A stretch of DNA of 64,000 nucleotides, taken from Escherichia coli (lineage in GTDB: Bacteria; Pseudomonadota; Gammaproteobacteria; Enterobacterales; Enterobacteriaceae). This document shows positions 41,083-55,016 of this stretch, in pieces; positions within the stretch are counted from its first letter, which is position 1; every line of letters begins with the position of its first letter. The translations under genes were made by a program, and so were the position numbers. The notes beneath the pieces are model-generated. The model was given only the letters and a program-made list of their open reading frames with translations, did no database searches and had not been told where the DNA came from. The stretch is taken from assembly GCF_003334765.1 (NCBI RefSeq), contig NZ_QOWT01000013.1; one strand, given 5' to 3'.

Positions 41083-41946
41083 TTAGCTTGCGACGGCCAT
41101 CCCCACGGTCATATGCAAACCATAGAATACGCCGCGACCGATTAATTCCCCTGCCAGAAGCAGAATGAATGATACAGAAAGTAGCGGAACCGCAGGCTGA
41201 TAACCTTTTAGCTGTGGTGCAATCCACAAGCACAGGGCAACGGCCAAAAGCACGATCCGCCAGGACATCAGCGCACCATAGTCCGGCACCAGCGCTGCGG
41301 CCTGCTGCACAGAACTATGAATAGTCGCCAGCTCTGCGCCCTGCATCACTGACACCACGCCAGTCACTACCAGTGCCAGTACAGAAATTGCTGGCAGCAG
41401 ACGCATCGCCCAGCCATCGACGCCAGCCAGACTCAACAACAGGTAACCCAGTAACGGGCCGCCCATAAACATCGTCAGGAAGAAGCCCATCGGCGTCCAG
41501 ATGCTGTACCAGGTCGGAACGGTATCAATGCTGTTATACACACGCACCATCATCCAGACAAAGATGACGCCAAGAACCATCGTCACTATCAGCCACAGCG
41601 TACGCAATGCCGGTGACAGCTTTTTCAGCATTGCCAGCAACCAGCCGATGCCGCCTACGGCAAAAAAGATCGAACCGCTGGCGATTTCGTTACTGAGTGC
41701 TGAAGCCCCTACCCGGTTGAGCGAGTTAAAAGCGCGCATTGGTGAACCAAGATGGAGCATAGAGGCGATAAAGCCAATGCCCATCAGCACCCATAAACCA
41801 AACATGCAGGCGATAACACGCTGCTGGGCTTCTGCTCGCAGGTCGCCTTTGAGCAGCGCCAAAGCCAGAACGATAAAACCACCTGCTACACATTGCCCGA
41901 AGACCGTGAAGATCATCAGCGGCCATTCATGCCATCCACTTCCCAT
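41083..41946 (-). CDS. dmsC: DMSO reductase membrane anchor subunit
   Basis: ORF 41083..42009; start at MGSGWHEWPLMIF (287 aa). Confidence 0.9.
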   Translation of the reverse strand: MGSGWHEWPLMIFTVFGQCVAGGFIVLALALLKGDLRAEAQQRVIACMFGLWVLMGIGFIASMLHLGSPMRAFNSLNRVGASALSNEIASGSIFFAVGGIGWLLAMLKKLSPALRTLWLIVTMVLGVIFVWMMVRVYNSIDTVPTWYSIWTPMGFFLTMFMGGPLLGYLLLSLAGVDGWAMRLLPAISVLALVVTGVVSVMQGAELATIHSSVQQAAALVPDYGALMSWRIVLLAVALCLWIAPQLKGYQPAVPLLSVSFILLLAGELIGRGVFYGLHMTVGMAVAS

Positions 41947-41947
41947 C

Positions 41948-42565
41948 TCACACCTCCTTCGGGTTTGCCAGATAGCCAGTGGTATCCCCGGTCGGGCGGC
42001 TATTGGCATTGGGTTTGATCACAATATTCGGTTTGGTAAAGTGAGCTCGCGGCAACGGCGCAACGGCCGCCAGATCGCCATGTTTTTTACGCAGCTCGTC
42101 GATAGGGCCGAAATCCAGCGCCCGCAGCGGACAAGATTCAACACAGATCGGCTTTTTACCCTCCGCAACACGGTCATAACAACCATCGCATTTGGTCATA
42201 TGGCCTTTCGTTTCGTTATATTGCGGTGCGCCATACGGGCAAGCCATATGGCAGTAGCGGCAGCCAATGCACACATCTTCATCGACCACAACAAAACCAT
42301 CTTCACGTTTATGCATCGCACCGCTCGGGCAGACTTTAGTACAAGCCGGATCTTCGCAGTGGTTACATGAAATCGACAGATAGTAGGCAAACACGTTCTG
42401 GTGCCAGACACCGTTATCTTCCTGCCAGTCGCCGCCAGCATATTCATAAATGCGGCGGAAGCTGACTTCTGGCGTCAAATCTTTGTAGTCTTTACAGGCC
42501 AGCTCGCAGGTTTTGCAACCGGTGCAACGGCTGGAATCAATAAAAAATCCATACTGGGTTGTCAT
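41948..42565 (-). CDS. dmsB: DMSO reductase iron-sulfur subunit
   Basis: 205-aa ORF with four Cys clusters (CxxCxxCxxxC). Confidence 0.96.
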   Translation of the reverse strand: MTTQYGFFIDSSRCTGCKTCELACKDYKDLTPEVSFRRIYEYAGGDWQEDNGVWHQNVFAYYLSISCNHCEDPACTKVCPSGAMHKREDGFVVVDEDVCIGCRYCHMACPYGAPQYNETKGHMTKCDGCYDRVAEGKKPICVESCPLRALDFGPIDELRKKHGDLAAVAPLPRAHFTKPNIVIKPNANSRPTGDTTGYLANPKEV

Positions 42566-42575
42566 CGGTTACTCC

Positions 42576-45020
42576 TTACACCTTTTCAACCTGAACAAGG
42601 TTTGTATGTGACGGATTCCCCTTAGCGAGAGGAGACGGACGTTGAGTGGTCAGTACGTTAATACAACCACCCTTATCGACACGTTTTGCATCCGGGTCAT
42701 ACCAGGCACCTTCACCCAGTGCGACCACACCCGGCATCATTCGTGGCGTCACTTTCGCCTCAATATGAACCTCACCACGATCGTTAAAGATCCTGACTTT
42801 ATCGCCGTTGTGGATACCGCGTTTTTGGGCATCAAGCGGGTTGATCCACATTTCCTGACGGCAAGCCGCTTTCAGCACATCAACGTTGCCGTAAGTTGAG
42901 TGAACGCGAGATTTATAGTGGAAACCTGTAAGCTGCAGCGGATACTGTTTGTTCAGCGGATCCTGATAACTTTCAAAGCCCGGCGTGTAGATCGGCAGTG
43001 GATCGATCACATCGCCTTCAGGCAATTCCCAGGTAGCGGCAATGTCAGCCAGCGCCTGCGAATAAATCTCAATTTTGCCCGATGGCGTAGTCAGTGGGTT
43101 TGCCTGCGGATCTTCACGGAAGGCTTTATAAGCAACGTGATGCCCTTGTGGGTCGCGCTTTTTAAAGATCCCCTGCTTGCGGAACTCTTCAAACGTTGGC
43201 AGTTCAGGAATCGCTTCCCGCGACTGGGCATACAGATGCCGCATCCACTCTTCCTGGGTACGGCCTTCAGTAAACTGTTGCTCAACGCCAAGACGTTTTG
43301 CCAGTTCGCTGGTCATTTCATAGATGGTCTTACATTCAAAGCGCGGTTTAATCACCTGATCGTTGAAAATCACGTAAGACATATTCCCGCAGGATGCATC
43401 CAGCGCAAAGTCCATCTGTTCGGAAGCGGTGCAGTCAGGCAGCAGGATGTCAGCATATTTCGCCGATGAGGTCATGTGGCAGTCGATAACCACAATCAGC
43501 TCGCACTTCTTATCATCCTGAAGGATTTCATGGGTACGGTTGATTTCAGAATGCTGGTTAATCAGGCAGTTACCGGCATAGTTCCAGATCATTTTGATCG
43601 GCACATCCAGCTTATCTTTCCCGCGTACACCATCACGCAGCGCCGTCATTTCCGGGCCACGTTCAATGGCATCGGTCCACATAAACATCGAAATGCTGGT
43701 CTGGATCGGGTTTTCCAAGGTCGGCATACGGACAAACGGTAAGCTGTATGAACCTTCACGCGCGCCGCTGTTGCCTCCGTTAATACCAACGTTACCGGTC
43801 AGAATCGCCAGCATCGAGATAGCACGGGTTGCGATTTCACCGTTAGCGTGACGCTGCGGGCCCCATCCCTGGCTGATAAACGCCGGTTTGGTACTACCGA
43901 TTTCACGAGCCAATTTGATGATTTTGTCTGCCGGAACACCAGTGATTTGCGAGGCCCATTCCGGCGTTTTAGCCACGCCATCTGGCCCTTCACCCAGAAT
44001 ATAAGCTTTATAGTGGCCATTTTTCGGCGCACTGGCTGGCAGGGTTTTCTCATCGTAGCCAACGCAATATTTATCGAGGAATGCCTGATCCACCAGGTTT
44101 TCAGTGATCATGACGTACGCCAGACCGTTAACCAGTGCGGCATCTGTTCCCGGACGAATAGGGATCCACTCATCTTCGCGCCCGGCACCGGTGTCGGTAT
44201 AGCGCGGATCGATGATGATCATGCGGGCATTAGATTTCTGGCGTGCCTGTTCAAGATAGTAAGTCACCCCACCGCCACTCATTCGCGTTTCGCCAGGGTT
44301 ATTACCAAACAGCACTACCAGCTTACTGTTTTCGATATCCGACGGGCTGTTGCCATCTGCCCAGCCGCCGTAGGTATAGTTCAAACCTTCCGCAATTTGC
44401 GCGGAGGAGTAGTCGCCGTAATGGTTCAGATAGCCGCCGCAGCAGTTCATCAGCCGCGCGACCAGGGTATTTCCCGGCGGCCAGGAGCGGGTCATGGTGC
44501 CGCCCAGCGTACCGGTGCCATAGTTCAGATAGATAGACTCGTTGCCGTACTCTTTGATCAGGCGCTGCATATTGGTCGCGATGATGTCGTAGGCTTCTTC
44601 CCAGCTAATGCGCTCGAATTTGCCTTCACCGCGCGCCCCGACTCGTTTCATCGGATATTTCAGGCGGTCCGGATTGTAGACACGGCGACGCATGGAACGC
44701 CCACGCAGGCAGGCGCGAACCTGGTGCAGGCCGTCGTAATTGTCATCGCCGGTATTGTCCGTTTCGACATATTTGATTTCACCGTCCACGACGTGCATAC
44801 GTAGCGGGCAGCGACTACCACAGTTAACTGTACAGGCGCTCCAGATAACCTTTTCGTCTGATTTTGTTGGAATGGCGCTATCGACAGCGTGCGCAATCCG
44901 ACTAAAAGGTAATGTTAATGCGCTGCTGGCCATTGCCAGGCCGCCGATCGCTGTCGTTTTTACCAAACCACGGCGACTCACCTCAGCAGCCAATACCGCA
45001 TCAGGGATTTTCGTTTTCAT
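42576..45020 (-). CDS. dmsA: DMSO reductase molybdopterin catalytic subunit
   Basis: 814-aa ORF with Tat signal (SRRGLVKTTAIGG). Confidence 0.96.
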   Translation of the reverse strand: MKTKIPDAVLAAEVSRRGLVKTTAIGGLAMASSALTLPFSRIAHAVDSAIPTKSDEKVIWSACTVNCGSRCPLRMHVVDGEIKYVETDNTGDDNYDGLHQVRACLRGRSMRRRVYNPDRLKYPMKRVGARGEGKFERISWEEAYDIIATNMQRLIKEYGNESIYLNYGTGTLGGTMTRSWPPGNTLVARLMNCCGGYLNHYGDYSSAQIAEGLNYTYGGWADGNSPSDIENSKLVVLFGNNPGETRMSGGGVTYYLEQARQKSNARMIIIDPRYTDTGAGREDEWIPIRPGTDAALVNGLAYVMITENLVDQAFLDKYCVGYDEKTLPASAPKNGHYKAYILGEGPDGVAKTPEWASQITGVPADKIIKLAREIGSTKPAFISQGWGPQRHANGEIATRAISMLAILTGNVGINGGNSGAREGSYSLPFVRMPTLENPIQTSISMFMWTDAIERGPEMTALRDGVRGKDKLDVPIKMIWNYAGNCLINQHSEINRTHEILQDDKKCELIVVIDCHMTSSAKYADILLPDCTASEQMDFALDASCGNMSYVIFNDQVIKPRFECKTIYEMTSELAKRLGVEQQFTEGRTQEEWMRHLYAQSREAIPELPTFEEFRKQGIFKKRDPQGHHVAYKAFREDPQANPLTTPSGKIEIYSQALADIAATWELPEGDVIDPLPIYTPGFESYQDPLNKQYPLQLTGFHYKSRVHSTYGNVDVLKAACRQEMWINPLDAQKRGIHNGDKVRIFNDRGEVHIEAKVTPRMMPGVVALGEGAWYDPDAKRVDKGGCINVLTTQRPSPLAKGNPSHTNLVQVEKV

Positions 45021-45180
45021 AATGGCTCACTCAAGCTTGCTCACGATTGATTCCAGTAACAAACCGTATTGTGTAATTATTTCTATAGCAGTTCGCTATA
45101 TAGGCTTGTATACATCGAATAATTTGAAAATCAAAGAGATAGGTAGATTTTCACTCGAAAGTAGTATTACGTGTAAGTGA

Positions 45181-45194
45181 GGAGTAATTATTGT
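45181..45194. promoter_or_regulatory. FNR binding site of the dmsA promoter
   Basis: ttgttcggtatcaa is the reverse complement of TTGATaccgAACAA, the FNR site I recall for dmsA; a second FNR-like TTGAaaaTCAA lies at 45124..45134. Confidence 0.5.
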
Positions 45195-45210
45195 TCGGTA
45201 TCAAAGGGAG

Positions 45211-45234
45211 ACAAAAAAAGCGCCCGCAGGCGCT
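45211..45234 (-). terminator. Rho-independent terminator downstream of serS
   Basis: Hairpin agcgcc-tgcg-ggcgct flanked by A7 on plus strand (T7 on minus). Confidence 0.7.
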
Positions 45235-45258
45235 TTTTAGATTCAGAAAAATTGGGTA

Positions 45259-46572
<1,314 letters not shown>

Positions 46573-46641
46573 TTAAATGGGAGATGTGGCCACAGCCTGC
46601 GACCACAGGGATACAGTAACAACATTACCGCAACGATAACA

Positions 46642-47985
46642 TTAACGGTAGCGTTTTATGGGGCTATTTTGATCCTGTTCAGCCAGCCAGGCGAGCTTTT
46701 CGCCAATCTTGCCTTCAAGGCCCCTGTTTGTCGGGAAATAATAGCGTGTTTGTGCTATTTCCGGCGGGAAGTAAACCTCACCGGCAGCATAAGCGTTTGC
46801 TTCATCATGAGCGTAACGATATTCCTGCCCGTAGCCCATTTCCTTCATTAATTTCGTCGGCGCATTACGCAAATGAACCGGCACGTCATAATCCGGGCGT
46901 TCGCGAGCATCGGCCAGCGCGGCTTTAAACGCAGTGTAGACAGCGTTGCTTTTTGGCGCGCAGGCCAGGTAAACAATCGCCTGAGCAATGGCGCGTTCAC
47001 CTTCCGCCGGGCCAACGCGAGTAAAGCAATCCCAGGCCGCAATTGCCACCTGCATCGCCCGTGGATCGGCATTACCGACGTCTTCAGACGCAATCGCCAG
47101 ACAGCGACGCGCGACATATAACGGATCGCCACCAGCGGTAATAATTCGCGCATACCAGTACAGCGCCGCATCGGGTGCGCTACCACGTACCGACTTATGC
47201 AGTGCGGAAATCAGATCGTAAAAGCGATCGCCTTTGTTATCAAAGCGGGCGCTACGTTCACCGGCGATTTCGGTCAGTAATTCAGGCTTCAGGACCCGCT
47301 TACCGCTATCATCGACTTCGGCCATATCCGCCATCATTTCCAGCGTATTTAACGCCCGGCGCGCGTCGCCATTCACCAGTTCAGCAATGGCGCGTCGTGT
47401 TTCATCTGGCAGAACAATATCCTGACCACCATAGCCACGGGTTTTGTCTTCCATCGCCTGAGTTAGTACTTGCTCAATATCCTCTGTACTCAGGGATTTC
47501 AACAGATAGACACGGGCACGGGAAAGCAGTGCCGAATTAAGCTCAAACGACGGGTTTTCAGTGGTTGCGCCAATAAAAGTGATGGTGCCGTCTTCAATAT
47601 GTGGCAGAAATGCATCCTGCTGGCTTTTGTTGAAACGGTGAACTTCGTCAACAAAAAGAATAGTGCGGCGACCTGCATTGCGGTTTTGCCGGGCGCGCTC
47701 GATCGCCTCGCGAATCTCTTTCATGCCAGAGGTGACGGCAGAAATACGTTCCACATCAGCGTTCGCATAGCGGGCAATCACTTCAGCGAGAGTTGTTTTG
47801 CCGGTACCCGGCGGCCCCCAGAGGATCATAGAATGTAAATGCCCGGCTTCGATAGCGCGCGGCAACGGCTTCCCCGCAGCCAGCAAATGTTGCTGGCCGA
47901 TATACTGTGCTAAATTTTCTGGCCGCATACGCGCGGCCAGAGGTTGAAAAGTATTATCCGAAAAATCGAGCGACAGATTGCTCAC
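46642..47985 (-). CDS. rarA: replication-associated recombination protein A (AAA+ ATPase)
   Basis: 447-aa ORF; Walker [10 protein letters not shown]. Confidence 0.95.
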   Translation of the reverse strand: MSNLSLDFSDNTFQPLAARMRPENLAQYIGQQHLLAAGKPLPRAIEAGHLHSMILWGPPGTGKTTLAEVIARYANADVERISAVTSGMKEIREAIERARQNRNAGRRTILFVDEVHRFNKSQQDAFLPHIEDGTITFIGATTENPSFELNSALLSRARVYLLKSLSTEDIEQVLTQAMEDKTRGYGGQDIVLPDETRRAIAELVNGDARRALNTLEMMADMAEVDDSGKRVLKPELLTEIAGERSARFDNKGDRFYDLISALHKSVRGSAPDAALYWYARIITAGGDPLYVARRCLAIASEDVGNADPRAMQVAIAAWDCFTRVGPAEGERAIAQAIVYLACAPKSNAVYTAFKAALADARERPDYDVPVHLRNAPTKLMKEMGYGQEYRYAHDEANAYAAGEVYFPPEIAQTRYYFPTNRGLEGKIGEKLAWLAEQDQNSPIKRYR

Positions 47986-47995
47986 TCAGGTGCCT

Positions 47996-48607
47996 CTACT
48001 TACGTTGATCATCTACCGTGACGCCTTGCGGCGGGGTGAAGGTAAATTTCGCTGCATCCACAGCCCCATTTTGCTGGGATTTCAGTTGATAACTGCTGCG
48101 CTGATCGTCCTGCTCCACCGCGCTAAACTGATGGATTGTGCCATCACGTCCCACGTTAATGGTGAACTGCTTCAGATTGCCATTGCTGGCTTTCGGCGTC
48201 AGGACAAAGTCATCGCCATTCTGTTTGATATTGTACTGCTGCCAGTCGCTGGACTGGTTGCGGGCAATCAGCATAAACGGCGTATTACCGGTGGCATCTT
48301 TCAGCCAGGTTGCCGTAGCTTGCTCAACGAACGGGTTATAGAACCACAGTGTTTTACCGTCAGAAACCAGAATGCTTTCATCAGGTTGTGTCATATGCCA
48401 GTTGAATAAGTTTGGACGTTTCACCCACAGATCGCCCTGACCTTCCTGCACCGCCGCGCCGCTACCGTCAGTCACTTTTTGTGTGAAGCTGGCGTGGAAG
48501 CTGCTGACTTTATCCAGGCGGCTTTTCAGATCGCTTGCGGCATCAGCCCAAACGCTGCTTGCTACTAAGCTTGAGAGTAATGCACAGGTGATGGCAATTT
48601 TTTTCAT
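47996..48607 (-). CDS. lolA: outer-membrane lipoprotein carrier protein
   Basis: ORF 47996..48610; start at second Met ([13 protein letters not shown]...), 203 aa with signal peptide. Confidence 0.93.
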
Positions 48608-48718
48608 CATTATTCCTCAAATTACGTCACTCCCGATCGGGAGTTCCCTCTACTCTCTATTCCAGGCTAATAATCAGCTTGAGGAAAGAAGAAAATACTG
48701 AATTTTCAGTTGATAGAG

Positions 48719-48755
48719 TGCCGGATGCGACGCTACCGCGCCTTATCCGGCATAC
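48719..48755. repeat. REP element between ftsK and lolA
   Basis: tgccggatgcgacgctaccgcgccttatccggcatac, canonical REP-like palindrome. Confidence 0.65.
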
Positions 48756-48765
48756 GATGCATTAG

Positions 48766-51700
48766 TTAGTCAAACGGCGGTGGGGCCAGCACTTCACGAT
48801 TACCGTTGTGCCCCTGTTCGCTGACAATCCCCTGCGCTTCCATCTGTTCGATAATACGCGCTGCACGGTTATAACCAATGCGGAACTGACGCTGTACGCC
48901 AGAAATTGACGCTTTGCGTTTTTCAGTGACAAACTGCACCGCCTGATCGAACAACGGATCCAGTTCTTCAGCGCCATCGAAACCACCCGCACCACCTTCG
49001 CTTTCGCTGTCGGAGGTGATGCCATCAACATACTGTGGGCGACCACGCGCTTTCCAGTCCTGCACCACGGCATGAACTTCCTGATCGCGAACAAAAGCAC
49101 CATGGACACGTACCGGCAACGTGGAGTTCGGCCCAGAGTAGAGCATATCCCCCATACCCAGCAGTGATTCCGCGCCAGCCTGATCAAGAATGGTACGTGA
49201 GTCAATCTTACTGGATACGGTAAAGGCGATACGGGTCGGAATATTCGCTTTAATCAGACCAGTAATAACATCAACCGATGGACGCTGAGTTGCCAGTACG
49301 AGGTGGATACCCGCGGCACGGGCTTTTTGCGCCAGACGTGCTATCAGCTCTTCCACTTTTTTACCTACCGTCATCATCAGGTCGGCAAATTCGTCAACCA
49401 ACACCACAATGTATGGTTCTTTTTTCAGCACCGGATGCTGGGCATCCATACTGTCACCCGGCTTCCAGTACGGGTCTGGAATCGGACGCATCATGCGATC
49501 GGCTTCAGCAATTTTTTCGTTATAACCCGCCAGATTACGCACACCCAGCGCAGACATCAGTTTATACCGACGCTCCATCTCGTTAACACACCAGCGCAGC
49601 GCGTTGGCGGCATCTTTCATATCAGTAACGACTTCCGTTAACAGATGCGGAATGCCTTCATAAACCGAAAGCTCCAGCATTTTCGGGTCGATCATGATGA
49701 AACGCACATCTTCTGGCTGTGCTTTATAAAGCATGCTCAGGATCATCGCGTTCACACCGACAGATTTACCGGAACCGGTAGTCCCCGCAACCAACAAGTG
49801 CGGCATTTTCGCCAGATCGGCAACCACCGGCTCACCGGCGATATCTTTACCCAGCACCACGGTTAATGGCGACGGATTATCGCGGAATTTGGCGTTATCC
49901 AAAACTTCGCGCAGATAAACGGTTTGTCGTTTTTTATTCGGTAACTCCAGACCTACATAGGGTTTGCCAGGAATAACTTCAACGACACGCACCGCCACCG
50001 TCGAAAGTGAACGGGCAAGGTCCCGTGACAAGTTAGAAATGCGCGCCGCTTTTACGCCCGGTGCCAGGTTCAATTCAAAGCGAGTGATAACCGGCCCCGG
50101 AGAGTAATTGACGACATCGGCTTTAATACGGAAATCAGCCAGACGCGCTTCCACCAGGCGAGCCATTTGTTCAAGCGCAAAGGTATCTACCGGCTCCACT
50201 TCGCTCGGCGGCGGTGTCAGCAAATCCAGAGAAGGCAGCGGCGTCGTCGGTTTATGCAACGGACGGCTGTCGCCATTACGCATCAACAGCGGATGAAGCA
50301 GGGTATCCTGCGGTTGTGGCGCAACTGGCTGTTGTGGCTGCTGATACTGCTGCTGCGGCGCAACCGGTTGTTGCGGCTGCTGATATTGCTGCTGTGGCGC
50401 AACCGGTTGTTGCGGCTGCTGATATTGTGGCTGCGGCGCAACCGGCTGTTGTGGCTGCTGATACTGCGGCTGCGGCGGAACTGGTTGTTGCGGCTGCTGA
50501 TATTGCTGCTGCGGTGCAACCGGTTGTTGCGGCTGCTGTACAGGTTCAACAATTGGCGTAAACAACGGTTCGTGTGGACCATCATCCAGCAACGCTTTCA
50601 TTGGCGAAAATTCAAAATCATCCAGCGAGAACGGATTCGCCCCAGCCGGTTGTTCGCCGGAATAACGTTGTTGTTGAGTTTGCGCAAACTGACGAGCCAG
50701 TTCAGCCTCTGCCGCAGCATCTGCATCTTCTGCGTTTACGGGCACATCATGTTGATACTGTTCGCCATAGCGTTGCTGCTGTGTCTGGGCGAACTGACGT
50801 GCCAGTTCATCCTGCTGCATCGCATCGATTTCATCATCGTTGTACTGATCGCCAGAATCGTACTGATTGCGCTGGGCTTCACGGGCTTTTTCTTCCGCCG
50901 CACGCTGTGAGGGCAGCTTAATACCGTAAGACGCCAGTTCACGACGAGTTGGCACGCGGATACGTTTCGGTCGTGGCAACTGCGGACCAATCCCCTCTTT
51001 GACCTGAGGACGCGGTCCACCGCTATTTGCCAGACTGAAGACTGGCGCGGCAACGGTTGCGGCAGCCCCCGTCGCCAGTGTCGCTTTTTTCACGCCAGAT
51101 GCCAGCGGGGAAACAGCGGCAGCGGCTTCTACTGGAGGTACTGCTGCAACAGAAGGTGCTTTCAGCGAAGATTTGATCGGTTCTGGTTCTTTAACCGGTT
51201 CTGGAATCGGTTGATACCAGGCCGCAAGTTGTTCACGTTCACGGGCTCGCTTCTCTTCAACTTCTTCAAAGTAGTAAAGCGGCGGACGCGCGGGTTTTGT
51301 CTCTTCTACAACGGGTTCAGGCTCCACAACAGGCTGCTGTTCAACGGGTTGCGGCTGTTGGTACAACGGCTCCTGAGCGGCTGGCTGCTGATAAGTTTGC
51401 TCAGTCTGGTATGTAGACTGTGGAGCAAAAGTGGATTGCTGCTCTTCGGCTTGCCAGGCGTTACCTGCCACCGGTTGTTCTGGCGCAGGGGCATAATACG
51501 GCTGTTGCGCAGGTTGTTCAGCTGCAGGTGCATAATACGGCTGCTGCGGCTGTACTGGTTGTTGCAGCGGCTCATTATATTGCACTGCAGGCTGCGCATA
51601 TTGTGACTGCTGTGGGTAACCTTCCGGTGCAGGAGCAATAACCGGCTCTCCCGTTTGTGGACCCGGTACAGGCTGCCAGGCTACTGTAGGTTGCGCAGGT

Positions 51701-52755
51701 GGAACATCAACAGAGGCAACAGGCGGCGTCTGAGTCACAGGTTCAACCGGCGCAGCCCAGCTTTGTGTCGCCGTGGTAGCAGCAGCTGCTACAGCGACAG
51801 GTTCGGTAATTGGCGCACCGTTTAATAATGGATCGTATTCGTCATATTCTGGCTGCGTTGCACGATTGCCCGAAAATAGGACGTCGTCCGGGTCGGCAGC
51901 CACACCGCGTGCAGTGTAGGTAATCTCTTCGTCATCATCCATCCGCTTACCGGAGAACAACGCAGCGTCTGTTTGCCGCCCCATCGGATTAATGAATTTT
52001 TCCGCCAACCGTTTACGACGCGCTAGCGCGCCGCGAAGAATACGGGCACGGCGTGATTCATGCTGTTTGCCGTGATTTTCATCTTCATACTCTTCGTCGT
52101 CTTCATACTCATCTTCATCGACCCAGGTATCATCGCGACGGGTACGATTACTGGCGAAGGTGAGAATGTTTAAAATCCAGCCGCCGAGTTTTTCAGCAAT
52201 GGTCACCCATGACCAACCGGTGAACAACGTCAGGCCCGCTGCCCAAACGCAGAGCAGCGCAATAGTTCCCCCGCTACTGTGTAGCAGTGGTTGTAGCGTA
52301 GTGCTTAGTAAGCTGCCAATGACGCCACCGGAGGCAAAATACCAGATATCGTCAGCGTTGATTGCCGCCAGACCACAGGAGGTAAGGATGAGCGCCAAAA
52401 CGCCAATGATGCGTAGCGAAACGGCAAAATAATCAATGTATTCGTCGCTGGACTGATGACGCCAGGCAAACCAACAACCGCCGACAATAATGACGGGAAT
52501 GGTGTAAGCCATCACGCCAAAAATAAAGAACAGCGTATCTGCCAACCACGCACCGGGCATCCCACCTAAATTATGGATAGGTTCATGCCAGGCCGTTTGC
52601 GACCAGCTGGGGTCCGAAGGGTTAAAGCTTAGTAAGGCAGCCATCAACCAGACGGCAAACAGGACAATAAGGATCAGCAACGCCTCCAGAAGGCGGCGGC
52701 CGCTACTTAACTTTGTCAATGTGACTTCTTTGTCTTCAGTGTATTCCTGGCTCAA
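48766..52755 (-). CDS. ftsK: DNA translocase FtsK
   Basis: 1329-aa ORF: N-terminal membrane domain, Pro/Gln-rich linker, C-terminal motor domain with Walker A GTTGSGKS. Confidence 0.97.
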   Translation of the reverse strand: MSQEYTEDKEVTLTKLSSGRRLLEALLILIVLFAVWLMAALLSFNPSDPSWSQTAWHEPIHNLGGMPGAWLADTLFFIFGVMAYTIPVIIVGGCWFAWRHQSSDEYIDYFAVSLRIIGVLALILTSCGLAAINADDIWYFASGGVIGSLLSTTLQPLLHSSGGTIALLCVWAAGLTLFTGWSWVTIAEKLGGWILNILTFASNRTRRDDTWVDEDEYEDDEEYEDENHGKQHESRRARILRGALARRKRLAEKFINPMGRQTDAALFSGKRMDDDEEITYTARGVAADPDDVLFSGNRATQPEYDEYDPLLNGAPITEPVAVAAAATTATQSWAAPVEPVTQTPPVASVDVPPAQPTVAWQPVPGPQTGEPVIAPAPEGYPQQSQYAQPAVQYNEPLQQPVQPQQPYYAPAAEQPAQQPYYAPAPEQPVAGNAWQAEEQQSTFAPQSTYQTEQTYQQPAAQEPLYQQPQPVEQQPVVEPEPVVEETKPARPPLYYFEEVEEKRAREREQLAAWYQPIPEPVKEPEPIKSSLKAPSVAAVPPVEAAAAVSPLASGVKKATLATGAAATVAAPVFSLANSGGPRPQVKEGIGPQLPRPKRIRVPTRRELASYGIKLPSQRAAEEKAREAQRNQYDSGDQYNDDEIDAMQQDELARQFAQTQQQRYGEQYQHDVPVNAEDADAAAEAELARQFAQTQQQRYSGEQPAGANPFSLDDFEFSPMKALLDDGPHEPLFTPIVEPVQQPQQPVAPQQQYQQPQQPVPPQPQYQQPQQPVAPQPQYQQPQQPVAPQQQYQQPQQPVAPQQQYQQPQQPVAPQPQDTLLHPLLMRNGDSRPLHKPTTPLPSLDLLTPPPSEVEPVDTFALEQMARLVEARLADFRIKADVVNYSPGPVITRFELNLAPGVKAARISNLSRDLARSLSTVAVRVVEVIPGKPYVGLELPNKKRQTVYLREVLDNAKFRDNPSPLTVVLGKDIAGEPVVADLAKMPHLLVAGTTGSGKSVGVNAMILSMLYKAQPEDVRFIMIDPKMLELSVYEGIPHLLTEVVTDMKDAANALRWCVNEMERRYKLMSALGVRNLAGYNEKIAEADRMMRPIPDPYWKPGDSMDAQHPVLKKEPYIVVLVDEFADLMMTVGKKVEELIARLAQKARAAGIHLVLATQRPSVDVITGLIKANIPTRIAFTVSSKIDSRTILDQAGAESLLGMGDMLYSGPNSTLPVRVHGAFVRDQEVHAVVQDWKARGRPQYVDGITSDSESEGGAGGFDGAEELDPLFDQAVQFVTEKRKASISGVQRQFRIGYNRAARIIEQMEAQGIVSEQGHNGNREVLAPPPFD
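50283..50560. repeat. 39-bp tandem repeats encoding the [13 protein letters not shown] repeats of the FtsK linker
   Basis: caaccgg motif recurs at 50361, 50400, 50439, 50478 (variant) and 50517, i.e. period 39 nt; about six 13-aa units in the protein. Confidence 0.8.
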
Positions 52756-52889
52756 GAAAGGCTCTCCAGGTTACAGGCTTTTCCTGCCCGATGCTAAAAC
52801 GGACAACAGTACCAGGTTACCCCAGTACTGTTGCTGTATGGATTAACAGGAGTGTAATCAAAATACGCCGATTTTGCACCTGTTCCGTG

Positions 52890-53384
52890 TTAGCGCGTCT
52901 TAATAACCAGACGATTACTCTGCTTGACTTCTTCCATAACAACGTATGTCCGTGTGTCATTGACGCCAGGCAGACGCAGCAGGGTTTCCCCCAGCAACTT
53001 ACGGTAGGCTGACATATCCGGCACGCGTGTTTTCAACAGGTAGTCGAAATCACCGGATACTAAATGACACTCCTGAATTTCTTCAAGTTTTTGTACAGCG
53101 GTATTGAATTGTTCAAACACATCCGGTGCGCCACGATTCAGAGTAATCTCAACGAATACCAGAAGTGATGCATCCAGATAATGGGGGTTAAGCAGCGCCG
53201 TATAGCCCTGAATAAACCCTTGTCTTTCCAGCCGACGCACACGCTCAAGGCACGGCGTTGGGGAAAGTCCCACACGTTTAGAAAGCTCGACGTTAGAAAT
53301 ACGCCCATCCTTTTGCAACTCATTAAGAATGTTACGATCGATACGGTCGAGATCTTTGCCAGGGCGCTTCTTGCTATCTACCAT
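52890..53384 (-). CDS. lrp: leucine-responsive regulatory protein
   Basis: ORF 52890..53438; start at MVDSKKRPGKDLDRIDRNIL (164 aa). Confidence 0.97.
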   Translation of the reverse strand: MVDSKKRPGKDLDRIDRNILNELQKDGRISNVELSKRVGLSPTPCLERVRRLERQGFIQGYTALLNPHYLDASLLVFVEITLNRGAPDVFEQFNTAVQKLEEIQECHLVSGDFDYLLKTRVPDMSAYRKLLGETLLRLPGVNDTRTYVVMEEVKQSNRLVIKTR

Positions 53385-53811
53385 TATTATTGTCTCTCTG
53401 TATTCCTTCCCTACTCCTGTCTGACCCTGAAACATCACTGTTCAGAGTCGCTACCCGTCACGATAGACCGAAATCATGAAGATTCACGGCGCGCAATGCC
53501 TGGGTCTACGGTGAGAAGACCGTTGCCTTGTGGCAGCTATCGACATCACGAATGGCGTCTGTCCACGCCATACGTAGATTTCACTAGCACGGTAAACATG
53601 GTATTTACATGCATGGTTATGCGCATATAAGAATACTGTTTTTTTTCTTCCTCGAATGTTTTCGCAAAACACCAGGGGATTGTCAAAGCAAAACATCGAT
53701 TTTTAGTACAACATGCCAGATATTCATTAACAGGGGCGTTTATTCATCATTTAATCGGCTTATAAAGCGGGAAATTTAAGTAGCAGAGGTGATAATGACG
53801 GGAGAATTTGA

Positions 53812-54894
<1,083 letters not shown>

Positions 54895-54922
54895 TTTTAC
54901 AAATCAGTAACAAAAGTAAAGA

Positions 54923-54960
54923 AGGCGACACCATGCGACTATGGGTCGCCTTTATTTTTT
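54923..54960 (+). terminator. Rho-independent terminator after trxB
   Basis: Hairpin ggcgaca...tgggtcgcc followed by tttatttttt. Confidence 0.7.
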
Positions 54961-55016
54961 CCCCGTTGTAACATTGCTCTGCAAATAATTCTGATAACTC
55001 ACCTGCTAAGCGTGCA

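Noticed and set aside
43848-44804. 318-aa plus-strand ORF
   Set aside because: Antisense to dmsA; shadow ORF.
50283-50560. Possible CRISPR array suggested by regular repeats
   Set aside because: Repeats are 39-bp in-frame coding units without unique spacers, inside ftsK; no cas genes nearby.
50167-50910. 247-aa plus-strand ORF rich in L/R repeats
   Set aside because: Antisense reading of the repetitive ftsK linker; the repetitiveness reflects the sense-strand Pro/Gln repeats.
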